Assembly (NCBI GenBank): GCA_963976765.1
Contig: CAXBME010000034.1
Span: 1-64,000, forward strand
Source: an uncultured Planctomycetaceae bacterium
GTDB lineage: Bacteria; Planctomycetota; Planctomycetia; Planctomycetales; Planctomycetaceae
Length of the DNA stretch: 64,000 nt
Reading direction: 5' to 3'
In this document: positions 31,250 to 41,562 of the stretch, in pieces
Position numbering within the stretch: position 1 is the first letter of the stretch
How the letters are laid out: each line of letters begins with the position of its first letter
Translations under genes and position numbers: made by a program
Notes under the pieces: generated by a model
Databases searched by the model: none
Told to the model about the DNA's origin: nothing
The model's input: only the letters and a program-made list of their open reading frames with translations

Positions 31250-31675
31250 TTATTCGTCCTCGTCGTCGTCGACGTCCTGATTCTGGTCGTCGTCGTCATC
31301 GTCGGCTGCCTCAAGTTCATTGGCTTTTGCGGCAGCCGCTTCCGCTTCTTCTGCGGTTTCCCAGATGAAAACGTGCTCTTCGAACGAATCGAGGATGATC
31401 TGGTCTCCGGAAGCGACGAACGTAAAACCAGCCTCTTCGGCGAGTTTCGACTGCTCGGTATCCTTTTCGATCAGCCCGTCGTCCGGGAAGACACGCCACC
31501 ATTGAAGGTGAGGCCAGTCGCGTCGGACAGTTTTAAGAACCGTCTGAATCGTACGACCGTTCACTCCCGGGCTGAATCCCGCCTTGCGAGCAACTCTTGT
31601 AAAAGTTCCGACCTTGTCAGCCCGCTTGATTTCCCACAGAAGTTCTGCAACTTCCGCAGCACGTACAGACGCCAT
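31250..31675 (-). CDS. Alkyltransferase-like (MGMT/ATL DNA-binding fold) protein with acidic tail
   Basis: GAGGAG RBS; KVGTFTRVARKAG..GRT(I)..LQWWRV..DG resembles 'V.TY..IA...G..R.VG....PWHRV'. Confidence 0.55.
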   Translation of the reverse strand: MASVRAAEVAELLWEIKRADKVGTFTRVARKAGFSPGVNGRTIQTVLKTVRRDWPHLQWWRVFPDDGLIEKDTEQSKLAEEAGFTFVASGDQIILDSFEEHVFIWETAEEAEAAAAKANELEAADDDDDDQNQDVDDDEDE

Positions 31676-31976
31676 TCCTGACTCCTCGTCAAAAGCAAAT
31701 GAAGCAAGAGCAGCCTCGTGCCCTGAGCAGTCGATGCCGTTCCAGCTCGACCTTCTAAGGCGTGGCCAATGCTTCCGCAACTGACCTCGGGCAATGTTTG
31801 AGAAAGCGACTCCTGGAATTCTTCCGGAGGATTTCCCATGTAGAGACTGCCGTTTGATGTGTTTTTAAGCACGTTCGCTTAATCTAGTCCTTTGTCTGGA
31901 CACACTCAAGCGCGTGCGGGCGCCGGTTTTCGGGCGATGACTGCCCACTGTCTAAGTATCAGGAAAGTTCGATCGG

Positions 31977-32552
31977 ATGGCGGTTTACGAGGAACACGGA
32001 ATTCGGTTCGAGTATCCGGACAACTGGGAGCTTAGTCACGAGCACCACGACGAAGACTTTTCAGTGACGATTGAAAGCGAAGGCACGGCATTCTGGATGC
32101 TTTCTGTCCTGCAGGGGCGTCCCGTTGCGGAAGATGTCATCGAGGCGGCTCTGGAATCGTTTCGAATGGAATACGAACCCGTCGACGTCTACGAAAGCCA
32201 GGACAGCATCTGCCTGCTGCCGACGGTGGCGAAAGACGTCGATTTTTACGAGCTGGAAATGGTGAATCACGCTCGTCTGCTGGCGTGTGAGACCGATTCG
32301 ACAACGATCTTCGTGCTGCTGCAAATGTCGGACACCGAACGGGCCGGTGCCGAGCCGCTGCTCAAAGCGATCACTGAGAGTCTGATGTGTGAACTTTCTG
32401 ACGGCGCCGATGGAGTTGGCGACAACGAAACCGGCCCGTTTGCGTTCGATAATCTTTTTGGCTCGATCGACAACGTCATTGAGACCTCTGCCGAGCCTCA
32501 TATTGAGGACGCGGGTATTTCCGGTCTGGACAGCTCTGAAGAACAAGGCTGA
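31977..32552 (+). CDS. Acidic hypothetical protein (possible Mog1p/PsbP-like fold)
   Basis: YEEHGIRFEYPDNW N-terminus; ends 4 nt before mnmA. Confidence 0.65.
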   Translation: MAVYEEHGIRFEYPDNWELSHEHHDEDFSVTIESEGTAFWMLSVLQGRPVAEDVIEAALESFRMEYEPVDVYESQDSICLLPTVAKDVDFYELEMVNHARLLACETDSTTIFVLLQMSDTERAGAEPLLKAITESLMCELSDGADGVGDNETGPFAFDNLFGSIDNVIETSAEPHIEDAGISGLDSSEEQG

Positions 32553-32556
32553 GTTT

Positions 32557-33732
32557 ATGAAGCGAGTTGTTCTCGCCATGAGCGGCGGTGTCGACAGCTC
32601 GGCAGCGGCCGTCCTGCTTCAGGAGCAGGGGTACGAAGTCATCGGGCTGTTTATGCGCTCGGGAGCGACCGAGGAGCAGACCTGTTCGACGGGGCTCGAT
32701 ATCACGCTGCCGGTCGTCAGCGCGAAGTCGAACAAGCAGGGATGCTGCAGCGCGTCGGATGCTGCGGATGCGCGTCGCGTCGCCGATCGGCTTGATATTC
32801 CGTTTCATGCACTGAACTTTCAGGACGCGTTTGGACGGATCAAAGACTACTTCGCGGATGAGTACCTCGCTGGCCGAACGCCGAATCCGTGCGTGATGTG
32901 CAACAACTGGCTGAAGTTCGGGAAGCTGTGGGATTTCGCTCAGAAGGTCGGAGCCGAGTACATCGCCTCAGGCCACTACGCTCGGCTGGAGCAGGCGGTA
33001 CAGGCTCCGAAGCTGGCTGCCGTCGGGGGCGATGGGGCAGGGGAATCGTCGGCTGATTTTCAGGATGAGGCGAACGACGGGCCGGCGATCTTCCGAGGGC
33101 GAGACGGCGGCAAGGATCAGTCGTACGTGCTGTTCGGCATTGATCGGGCAATCCTCGACCGAGTGATTTTCCCGGTCGGTGACTTCGACAAGCCGGACGT
33201 TCGCGAGAAAGCTCAGCAGTCGGGACTTAGAGTTCACGACAAAGCCGACAGCCAGGAAATCTGTTTCATACCTGACAATGACTACGCAGGTTTCCTCGAA
33301 CGATACCGGGGGAAGCAGGACACCGCGGGTGAAATCGTCGACACCGCCGGAAACGTCCTCGGTCACCACGACGGCTACGAGCGTTACACCGTCGGCCAGC
33401 GAAAAGGTCTCGGTCTGGCTTTCGGCGAACCACGCTACGTCGTGCGGCTGGAACCAGAAACCCATCGAGTCGTCATCGGCACGCGCGAACAACTGGGCTG
33501 CCACACTCTGGAAGGCGATCGGTTCAACTGGCTGATCGACAACGTGCCGAGCAAATTCCGCTGTTCCGCCCAAATCCGTTACGGCCACCGCGCCGCACCG
33601 GCTGACGTCGAATTGCTGGCTGAAGACCGCGTGAAGGTCACGTTTGATGAACCCCAGTTCGCCGCCGCCCCCGGACAGGCCGTCGTTCTTTACTCAGGTG
33701 ATCGCGTCCTCGGCGGCGGCTGGATTTGCTGA
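32557..33732 (+). CDS. mnmA: tRNA 2-thiouridine(34) synthase
   Basis: AMSGGVDSS, GCC, GRTPNPCVMCN, SGHYA, KDQSY, DSQEICF, YTVGQRKG, PGQAVV. Confidence 0.96.
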   Translation: MKRVVLAMSGGVDSSAAAVLLQEQGYEVIGLFMRSGATEEQTCSTGLDITLPVVSAKSNKQGCCSASDAADARRVADRLDIPFHALNFQDAFGRIKDYFADEYLAGRTPNPCVMCNNWLKFGKLWDFAQKVGAEYIASGHYARLEQAVQAPKLAAVGGDGAGESSADFQDEANDGPAIFRGRDGGKDQSYVLFGIDRAILDRVIFPVGDFDKPDVREKAQQSGLRVHDKADSQEICFIPDNDYAGFLERYRGKQDTAGEIVDTAGNVLGHHDGYERYTVGQRKGLGLAFGEPRYVVRLEPETHRVVIGTREQLGCHTLEGDRFNWLIDNVPSKFRCSAQIRYGHRAAPADVELLAEDRVKVTFDEPQFAAAPGQAVVLYSGDRVLGGGWIC

Positions 33733-33968
33733 TGACCATCAATCTGTCCGGTCAAACCTCGTCCTGCAGGGCATTTACATCAAATCGATCGAGTTTTGCT
33801 GCCTGAAGTACGAAGTCAATTCTTTCGGCAATGTTGGATGTGGTGCTCAGAGCCAGGAGAGGGGTACACATGCCAACGACGGGAGTTGAGGCAGGATTGT
33901 TCTTAAGGGGTTGTAAAGTGTTTGTTTCGTAGTGCTTTGTGGCGAAAATTTCAGGTCGCAAGTCTTGC

Positions 33969-34006
33969 CCGGAATTGCACGGGAACACCGGAATTACACG
34001 GGAACA
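33969..34006 (+). repeat. 2 x 19-bp tandem direct repeat
   Basis: ccggaattgcacgggaaca / ccggaattacacgggaaca, one mismatch. Confidence 0.85.
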
Positions 34007-34149
34007 GGAGAGTCCCGGTTACATCTGTGAATTGAAGTTCGGACGCGGCGATGGTACCCTGCCGCGCGCGTTTGCACCTGATTTCTTCGGCTGAGTTGGA
34101 CCTCCGTGCTCGCCGAAATTCTCCGATTTCGATTCATTGAGGAACCGAC

Positions 34150-35145
34150 ATGGCTCGACCAGTGACGCTGTTCACCGGCCAGTGGGCAGATTTGCCGCTT
34201 GAAGAACTTTGCAGGAAGGCCCGGGATTTCGGCTACGACGGGCTGGAACTCGCCTGCTGGGGTGACCACTTCGAAGTCGACAAAGCTTTGTCGGACGACA
34301 CCTACTGTGCAAAGAAACGAGACCTGCTCGAAAAGCATGATCTCAAACTCTTCGCGATCTCGAATCACCTTGTTGGGCAAGGCGTGCTCGACAACATCGA
34401 CGAACGTCATAAAGGAATTCTTCCCGAGTACGTTTGGGGTGACGGTGATCCGGCTGGCGTCAACGAGCGCTCTGCCGAAGAAATGAAGAACACCGCACGA
34501 GCCGCCCAGAAACTCGGGGTCGGTGTTGTGAATGGCTTCACTGGATCAAGCATCTGGCACCTGATCTACGATTTCCCGCCGACGACTCGTGACATGATCG
34601 AAGGCGGTTTCAACCTGCTCGCTGAGCGTTGGAATCCGATCCTCGACGTCTTCCAGGAATGCGGCGTCAAGTTCGCTCTGGAAGTTCACCCGACTGAGAT
34701 CGCCTTCGACATCTACTCGGCTGAGTGGGCGTTGAAAGCTCTCGACAACCGCGAAGAATTCGGCTTCAACTTTGACCCAAGCCATCTGATCTGGCAGGGG
34801 ATTGACCCGGTCGAGTTTATTCGAGCCTTCCCGGATCGCATCTACCATGTCCACATGAAGGACGCTTCGACAACGCTCAATGGTCGAACCGGCATCAACA
34901 GCAGCCACATGCCGTGGGGCGACGCTCGCCGAGGCTGGGACTTCCGCAGCGTTGGGCGCGGTGCCGTCCGCTTTGAAGAGATCATTCGAGCACTCAACAT
35001 CGTCGGTTACGACGGTCCGTTGTCGGTCGAATGGGAAGACATCGGCATGGACCGCGAGCATGGTGCTCGGGAGTCCTGCCAGTTCTGTAAGAACGTCGAT
35101 TTCGAACCGTCGAGCCATCGTTTCGACGATGCATTCTCTGACTGA
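34150..35145 (+). CDS. Sugar phosphate isomerase/epimerase (xylose isomerase-like TIM barrel)
   Basis: [32 protein letters not shown]. Confidence 0.9.
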   Translation: MARPVTLFTGQWADLPLEELCRKARDFGYDGLELACWGDHFEVDKALSDDTYCAKKRDLLEKHDLKLFAISNHLVGQGVLDNIDERHKGILPEYVWGDGDPAGVNERSAEEMKNTARAAQKLGVGVVNGFTGSSIWHLIYDFPPTTRDMIEGGFNLLAERWNPILDVFQECGVKFALEVHPTEIAFDIYSAEWALKALDNREEFGFNFDPSHLIWQGIDPVEFIRAFPDRIYHVHMKDASTTLNGRTGINSSHMPWGDARRGWDFRSVGRGAVRFEEIIRALNIVGYDGPLSVEWEDIGMDREHGARESCQFCKNVDFEPSSHRFDDAFSD

Positions 35146-35174
35146 TTCTTAATCGAACGACGCAATCAATTATC

Positions 35175-35210
35175 AAAGGCCTGGCAGCACAAACTGCCGG
35201 GCCTTTTTTT
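35175..35210 (+). terminator. Rho-independent terminator
   Basis: aaaggcctggcag-cacaaa-ctgccgggcc followed by T7. Confidence 0.88.
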
Positions 35211-35464
35211 GAACCATGCCTGCTACTGGTTACCACCCCGTGCGTACCACTCACGAGCAGAGCCGGTCTTACACATAACGGGACTTTTGTGCATAGTGTA
35301 TCGTTTTTAACGAAGATTCCCTGTTTCGTTGTGACGATTTCTCAGAGCACTTTCAGAATTCATTTCAGTGTTCTTCAGATGATCACAAAGGAAACAATTG
35401 CATTTCCGGACGCCAACTCCTGCACATAAACCTTGAAAATGGTCTTATTATTCAGATTCAGAGG

Positions 35465-36697
35465 TCAGGTACCGATCAGCTTTGCGATGATGCCGAGCTG
35501 GTCAAGTTGCTGCTGGACTTCGTTCAGGTAGATCGAGTTCATGACGACCACGACGCCTGGCTCGTACTCTTTGAGCTGTGCTGGCGAAATCACCGGGTGC
35601 CCGGTTGCCGGCAGGAATTTTCCCTGTTTGTGAGGATTGATGTCCACGACCACTTCGACTTCATGCTCCAGCCCGGCAGTCGTCAGGAAAGCGACGCACT
35701 TTGAGCCGGCTCCCCAGAGGACCGGTTTGCGTCCTTCGCGATGGAACTGGCGGATCGTGTCTCGCCAGTGAGCGATCTGCGTCTGACTGTTGACTTCAAA
35801 AGCCGCTGCCAGCGCGGTCAGTTCTGCCTGGTCGTCTTCGATCGCCAGGGATGCGACCGTTGGTTGTGGAGCGGGTTGGGCTATTAACAGCAGGTATTGG
35901 TCGTCGTAGGCCCGCCAGAGGTCGACGACGTCGAAGCTCGCTTCGCGGAACAGTCGTGCCAGCGAACCGGCACTGAAGTAGGAGCAGTGTTCGTAGTAGA
36001 CGTCCCAGAACCGCGTTTCTTCGAGCACGATTCGAACGTCCGGCAGTTCGAAGCAAACCTGCACGTTCGTTCGATCGCCAATTGAACGGCGAATGATGTC
36101 CAGAAACTCTCGCGTCGGTTGAATGTGCTCCAGCGTGTGACGGCAAAGAATCACATCGGCCTGCAACTGAGCGTGCTCTTCAGAATAGAGTTCCGGAATC
36201 AATTGCAATCTCTGCCGCGACTCTGTGGAAAGCCGCTCCGGTCGGACGCTCGGATCAACGCCGATGCCTTCGTTATTGCCGGCTTCACATAACCGCCAGA
36301 GAAACTCCGCCTTGCCGCAGCCAATCTCCAGCACTCGCTTGTTCTGGATTCCAAACCGGTTGACCAGATCAGCGACCAGTTCATCCGCAAACTGATTAAA
36401 CCTCGCTGAAAAATGCTGAGTCTCTTCGTAATCCGGGTTGTACTCGTTGAGCGTTACATCGAATGCGGAGTTCGACAGAAACCCGCACCGCTCGCAGAAT
36501 GTCAGCCGCATGTCCCCTCGCGGGTATTGCGTTGCGGTCGCCTGATCAGGCATCAACAGCACGCTGTGTGCGGGAATTCCGTCGACCGAATAGATGTGTC
36601 GAGAACTGGAACTACCGCAGTTCGGGCAGTTATCAGGTAGCTCGACTGAATCAGCTATCCGTTCCGAATCCGTCTGCTGACTTGCGTGAATCGACAT
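35465..36697 (-). CDS. NDP-sugar C-methyltransferase-like SAM methyltransferase
   Basis: CPNC..CERC Zn site, EIGCGKA, RHTLEH, YYEHCSYF, WGAGSK, DINPHKQG. Confidence 0.85.
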   Translation of the reverse strand: MSIHASQQTDSERIADSVELPDNCPNCGSSSSRHIYSVDGIPAHSVLLMPDQATATQYPRGDMRLTFCERCGFLSNSAFDVTLNEYNPDYEETQHFSARFNQFADELVADLVNRFGIQNKRVLEIGCGKAEFLWRLCEAGNNEGIGVDPSVRPERLSTESRQRLQLIPELYSEEHAQLQADVILCRHTLEHIQPTREFLDIIRRSIGDRTNVQVCFELPDVRIVLEETRFWDVYYEHCSYFSAGSLARLFREASFDVVDLWRAYDDQYLLLIAQPAPQPTVASLAIEDDQAELTALAAAFEVNSQTQIAHWRDTIRQFHREGRKPVLWGAGSKCVAFLTTAGLEHEVEVVVDINPHKQGKFLPATGHPVISPAQLKEYEPGVVVVMNSIYLNEVQQQLDQLGIIAKLIGT

Positions 36698-36744
36698 GGC
36701 TGTCCGCTTCCGAAGTATCGAGAGAATGCTTGTGACTGCTTCTG

Positions 36745-38001
36745 CTACGCGGCTGACTGATCACGGAAACCGTTGACAATTCGCACTTCAGGGACCGGCA
36801 CAATGAACTGGCCACCTTGACTGAGATACTCAGACTGCTGCCGGATGATTTCTTCCTGGAAATTCCAGGCGAGCAGCAACACGTAGTCCGGCATTTCAGC
36901 AAGCAATCGTTCCGGCCCGAAGATGGGTGTCTTCAAACCTGGCATGTAGTGACCGTGCTTGTGAATGTTTCGATCGACGATGAATTCAAGATGTTCGGAC
37001 CGGACACCGGAAGCGTTGAGCAAAGTTGTTCCCTTTGCGGCTGCCCCATAGCCAGCGACTGTTTTTCCCGCCGATTGCAGTCTGTCAAGAAGTGCCACCA
37101 GCGACTCCTGAAGCACGGAAACTTGTTGAGCAAACGATTCGTAATACGACAGCGAATCGATCCCTAACGCAGCTTCTTCGTCAAGGAGCCGGCAAACCTG
37201 CTCGGATGGTGCTGTTCCGTGTTCAATGTAAAGACGGATTGAGCCACCATGAGTTGACAGCCGACGAACTTCGGTCAGGCACAAGCCTCGATCAAGAAAC
37301 AATCGATTCAGAGCTGTCACAGAGAAATAGCAAAGGTGTTCGTGATAAATCGTGTCGAACTCGCAATGGTCGATCAGGTCTCGAACGTACGGCGCTTCAA
37401 TCACCGCAACGCCGTCTGGTTTCAGCAGCGTTCTGAGACCGGCCACAAATCCCGACAGGTCAGCGACGTGTGCCAGTACGTTGTTGCCGAGTATGACGTC
37501 GGCGAATCTGCCATCGGTCCTCAAATCTTCGGCCAGTTGGGCACTGAAGAATTTCCGCAACGTTGGTATGCCGAGAGCCTCGGCAGCGGCGGCAGGCCCC
37601 GGCACAGGATCGATTCCCAGCGTCGCAATCCCTCGATCATGAAAATTGCGGAGCATGTACCCGTCGTTGCTCGCAATTTCGACGACCAGATGATCGGCAC
37701 CAAGGTCGCGGGATTCGATCAGCTCTTCCGCGTTACGTCGGCAATGCTCAACCCACGCCGGAGAAAACGAAGAGAAGTACGGATAGTCGCTCCCGAACAG
37801 CACGTCCGGCTCGACCGTTTCTCGAATCTGAACGAGTGAGCAATTACTGCAGAAAGCAACGTTCAACGGAAACTTCGGCTCCGGGTGTGACAAGACCGCT
37901 TTGGACAAAAACTTGTCTGCCAGTGGAACATCACCAAGCGATAGAACGTCGTGCAGCGTGGCATCGTCACAACTGCGGCAGCGGTCGATGAATTGAAACA
38001 T
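36745..38001 (-). CDS. NDP-hexose 3-C-methyltransferase
   Basis: CRSC..CSNC, EIASNDG, NVLAHV, DTIYHEH, HGGSIR, YGAAAKG, LAWN. Confidence 0.9.
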   Translation of the reverse strand: MFQFIDRCRSCDDATLHDVLSLGDVPLADKFLSKAVLSHPEPKFPLNVAFCSNCSLVQIRETVEPDVLFGSDYPYFSSFSPAWVEHCRRNAEELIESRDLGADHLVVEIASNDGYMLRNFHDRGIATLGIDPVPGPAAAAEALGIPTLRKFFSAQLAEDLRTDGRFADVILGNNVLAHVADLSGFVAGLRTLLKPDGVAVIEAPYVRDLIDHCEFDTIYHEHLCYFSVTALNRLFLDRGLCLTEVRRLSTHGGSIRLYIEHGTAPSEQVCRLLDEEAALGIDSLSYYESFAQQVSVLQESLVALLDRLQSAGKTVAGYGAAAKGTTLLNASGVRSEHLEFIVDRNIHKHGHYMPGLKTPIFGPERLLAEMPDYVLLLAWNFQEEIIRQQSEYLSQGGQFIVPVPEVRIVNGFRDQSAA

Positions 38002-38048
38002 TTCCGGGTCTTTCGGTTCGTGTCAGTCACCAGCTTTTGTTGCTCTTG

Positions 38049-39098
38049 TCAGGCAGCCTTCTGAACGTCGTTCTTCCAGCGAAGGTTCTCGTCCAGTTGC
38101 CCCCGTTCTATCAGGCTGCTGATCCGGCGAATGCGGAGAAAGTCTGAACCGATGAACGCTGCTTTCGTCAAAGCGAACTCGGCATAAGCATCACGAAGCT
38201 CTCTGATGCCAGCTTCGACCGTCCATACCGGTTGGTAAGCAGGGAGCGTTTCTTCGAGTTTCCGACACGTAATGCGATAACAACGTTTGTCGGGGCCGGC
38301 ACCGTCTTCGTATCGAATGGCACTTTCGGGGACGAGATCTCGAACCATCTCGGCGACTTCGCTGATGCGGTAATTTTCCTCAGAACGTCCGACATTGAAT
38401 GCTTCGTTGTGGATCAACTTTCGCGGAGCATCAAGAATCGCCAGGTAGGCGGCGCTGATGTCGGCAATGTGAACGAGCGGTCGCCAAGGTGTACCGTCAC
38501 TCTTCATCAGGACTTCACCGTCGAGCAGCGCGAAGCCTGTCAGATTGTTGATGACCAGGTCGGCTCGCAAACGCGGAGACCATCCATAAGCCGTTGCACA
38601 TCGAAGGTACGTCGGACTGAAGTCGTCGTTAGCCAGCCTTGCGATATCGTGCTCAACCATAATCTTGGAGCGACCATACGGCGTCACTGGTCGAAACGTT
38701 GCAGTCTCATCCAGAATTTCATGCTCGCCACCAGCCCCGTAAAGACTGCACGACGATGCAAAAAGAAACCGCTCGACTCCCGCCTCTCTAGCGATTTCAG
38801 CCAGCCGAACGGAAGCTCGATGATTGATCGCGTAAGTGCATTCGGGATTCAAATCTCCCAGCGGGTCATTCGAGATGCCGGCGAGATGGATGACCGCGTC
38901 GATCTCTTCGAGATGCGAACTCTGGATATCGCGCACGTCGAGTTTCAATTCCTGTGTCGGGACTTCCGGTGCAGGCCCGAGATTCGCGTGCGAGAACAGT
39001 CCGCTGTCGACACCAGTGACTTCATGCCCGGCGGCGGTGAGCATCGGTACGAGAATCGATCCGATATATCCCTGATGGCCCGTTACCAGAACTCTCAT
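38049..39098 (-). CDS. NAD-dependent nucleotide-sugar epimerase/dehydratase
   Basis: [25 protein letters not shown]. Confidence 0.9.
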   Translation of the reverse strand: MRVLVTGHQGYIGSILVPMLTAAGHEVTGVDSGLFSHANLGPAPEVPTQELKLDVRDIQSSHLEEIDAVIHLAGISNDPLGDLNPECTYAINHRASVRLAEIAREAGVERFLFASSCSLYGAGGEHEILDETATFRPVTPYGRSKIMVEHDIARLANDDFSPTYLRCATAYGWSPRLRADLVINNLTGFALLDGEVLMKSDGTPWRPLVHIADISAAYLAILDAPRKLIHNEAFNVGRSEENYRISEVAEMVRDLVPESAIRYEDGAGPDKRCYRITCRKLEETLPAYQPVWTVEAGIRELRDAYAEFALTKAAFIGSDFLRIRRISSLIERGQLDENLRWKNDVQKAA

Positions 39099-39885
39099 CG
39101 TCGTTCTCCCTCGTCATCCACGGAGCGTTGCCGGAATCCCACAACGATTCCAGAAAATGCTTTTCTTTCAGCGTGTCCATGCACTGCCAGAAACCTTCGT
39201 GCTTCCAGGCCTGCAACTGTCCTTCTCGAGCGAGCCGTTCCATTGGCTCAAGTTCCCACTGCGTATCGTCGTCGTCGATGTAGCTGAAGATTTCCGGCTC
39301 AAGCACGAAGAACGCGCCGTTGATCCAGTCATTGGTCTGTTTGGGTTTTTCGTGAAAACTCCTCACCGAGCTGCCTGACAGATCAAGACATCCGAATCGA
39401 CCCGGCGGATGCACGGCGGTGACTGTCGCCAGTCGACCGTGCTCGCGGTGAAACTTCAGCAGAGCATCCAGATCAACATCCGAAACACCGTCGCCCCAGG
39501 TCAGCATGAACGTGTCGTCGCCGACGAACGGCTGCAGTCGTTTGATTCGTCCGCCGGTGTTGGTTCTTTCGCCAGTATCGACCAGGTCGACCAGCCAGTC
39601 GGAGACACCGCCATCATTTGCAGGCTGCTGACTCGACACGAGTGAGTTCGCAAAGTCGACACGCACGCTGCCGCTTGCCGCGCATTCTGAAACGAAGAAG
39701 TCGCGGATCATCTCACCCTTGTACCCCAGAGCGATGGCGAACTCGTCGTGGCCATAGCTGGCGTAGTGCCGCATGATGTGCCAGAGAATCGGTCGGCCAC
39801 CGATCTCGACCATCGGTTTTGGTCGAGAAACAGTCTCTTCAGAGAGCCGAGTGCCCGCTCCGCCGGCAAGAATTGCAACTTTCAT
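39022..39885 (-). CDS. rfbF: Glucose-1-phosphate cytidylyltransferase
   Basis: [53 protein letters not shown]. Confidence 0.92.
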   Translation of the reverse strand: MKVAILAGGAGTRLSEETVSRPKPMVEIGGRPILWHIMRHYASYGHDEFAIALGYKGEMIRDFFVSECAASGSVRVDFANSLVSSQQPANDGGVSDWLVDLVDTGERTNTGGRIKRLQPFVGDDTFMLTWGDGVSDVDLDALLKFHREHGRLATVTAVHPPGRFGCLDLSGSSVRSFHEKPKQTNDWINGAFFVLEPEIFSYIDDDDTQWELEPMERLAREGQLQAWKHEGFWQCMDTLKEKHFLESLWDSGNAPWMTRENDDESSGNGPSGIYRIDSRTDAHRRRA

Positions 39886-39905
39886 CGTGAGTTCTCTCCG
39901 TAGAC

Positions 39906-41141
39906 TCAGGCGGCACGAGCAGTCCTGTTTGTGCCTTCTTCGGTGGACGGGGCATCGATCACGCGAATGTCGTTTGGACCGTTGACTTCGAGTATCGATC
40001 CTCGCCACGCGACTCGTTTCACAAAGGTTGCCTGCAACGTCGCAACGAGTTGAACAAACTGCGTCAACGGAACTGCCAGCAGCACAGGCAACAAAGTCCG
40101 CAACTGAAACGGCTCGATGATCTGTCCGCTGGCTCGAAGCCGTTGCCGAATGCAACCTTCCAGAAGTGCTACGAGAGCAGTCATACCAAACAGATAAGAG
40201 GTAAACCCGGACGCCGCCCACACGACGGGATAAGTAAATTCGAAAAACACACCGACGGTGGTGGCAACAATTGCAACAGCCATCGCCAGTGCCGCAACGC
40301 TTGTGTGAACGACGACAAACCACCAGCCTGGGTTGTAAAGCCTGGCCCACGTCAATTGTCGTCTTATCCAGTTTGTCGCTGCCGGCAGTGGAGACTCTTC
40401 GCGGTTGACCATCATCAGCGAGGGAACGAAATGAACCTTCAGACCAAGCGACTTCATCTCGCCGGTCGTGTGCATGTCCAGAGCGGCCACTTTCGCCCAT
40501 TTATCGATCAGGCCGCCGTCACGAATCGCACTCATTCGAATTCCGTAACAGCCTCCCCACGGCATCCTGAGGTGATACATGATGCTCGTCGTGGCGACGT
40601 TCCAAAGGTGTCGTACGAGATTTCCGGACGACATGCTCGGCGGAATGAACCAGCGATTCCCTGTTGTCACGCCAATCTTCGGATCACGAGCCAGCGGGGA
40701 GATCAACTCTCTCAGCCAGTTCTCGTTGGCAACAACGTCACCATCTGCCATCGCAATGGCTTCGAACGAATCATCGAGGCCTCGCAACGCCTGCACAACT
40801 TTGCTGTTCGTGCAGTTGACGATTCCGTGTTCGGGAGACTCCTGATACTTGATGACCGAAACATGTTTTGCATTCGTGTCGCGAATCGCCGCTTCGACGA
40901 GCGGCCAGGCCGGATCATCGCGACTGTCGATCACAATCCGAACTTCGTAGTCCGGATAATCCTGAGTCATCAGTCGTCGAAGGCCGTCTCGCAGATACGG
41001 GTCCGTCCCCTTCAGGCCCATCAGCACGGCGGCTCTCGGCAGCAATTCGTTGGCCAGAGGGGCGTCCGTTGGCTGTCGAAAGACTCGAGCGTAAAGCACC
41101 GTCCAGAGGGTTACGGCGACGGTCGACGACAGAAGAATCAT
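39906..41141 (-). CDS. Membrane GT2/GT21-like glycosyltransferase (ceramide glucosyltransferase/HpnI-like)
   Basis: LKGTDP..QDYPDY, ADGD, TGNRW, WGG, WIRRQ..W, C-terminal TMs and VAWRG; start uncertain. Confidence 0.8.
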   Translation of the reverse strand: MILLSSTVAVTLWTVLYARVFRQPTDAPLANELLPRAAVLMGLKGTDPYLRDGLRRLMTQDYPDYEVRIVIDSRDDPAWPLVEAAIRDTNAKHVSVIKYQESPEHGIVNCTNSKVVQALRGLDDSFEAIAMADGDVVANENWLRELISPLARDPKIGVTTGNRWFIPPSMSSGNLVRHLWNVATTSIMYHLRMPWGGCYGIRMSAIRDGGLIDKWAKVAALDMHTTGEMKSLGLKVHFVPSLMMVNREESPLPAATNWIRRQLTWARLYNPGWWFVVVHTSVAALAMAVAIVATTVGVFFEFTYPVVWAASGFTSYLFGMTALVALLEGCIRQRLRASGQIIEPFQLRTLLPVLLAVPLTQFVQLVATLQATFVKRVAWRGSILEVNGPNDIRVIDAPSTEEGTNRTARAA

Positions 41142-41562
41142 TCCACTGAGCGTTGCGATGCCTTCAGCAAGTGACACGGTCGTGCTCGCAACGGAAGGAA
41201 TGTGAACGGAGGCAGGCTTTCGACGGAGTGTCGATGCACAAACGCCGTGACAACAGGGTTTCTGTTGGCTCGGAGCCAGCGTTCTGATCGTCACAACCTG
41301 TACCGTTCGCACAGGCAGATGGGCGTCTTTGATGGCAAAATGCAGCACAACTTCGCTGCATCCGCCATCGCCGGATTAATCCGCAGACTTTGACACGAGC
41401 ATTCTGGAATGTGGGGCCGACCGAGCCCTGGTTGCCACTGCCGGCTTGTTTGACAGTGTTTGGTTTGTGACAACAGGCATTGCAGGGTGAGCCGGCAGAG
41501 GCACGCAGAATCGGACCGTGATCCAGAACTGCTGCCTGAATTGATTTCCGACAGAACTGCTC

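Noticed and set aside
39886..40500. N-terminal extension of rfbF in the 492-aa ORF
   Set aside because: Overlaps the glycosyltransferase in another frame; the real start is MKVAIL at 39885 with a GGAGAG RBS
40050..41174. Long antisense ORFs (also 1692-2564, 25488-26402, 38232-39287, 54136-55050, 61683-62819)
   Set aside because: Shadow frames opposite well-supported genes, typical of GC-rich codon usage; no motifs
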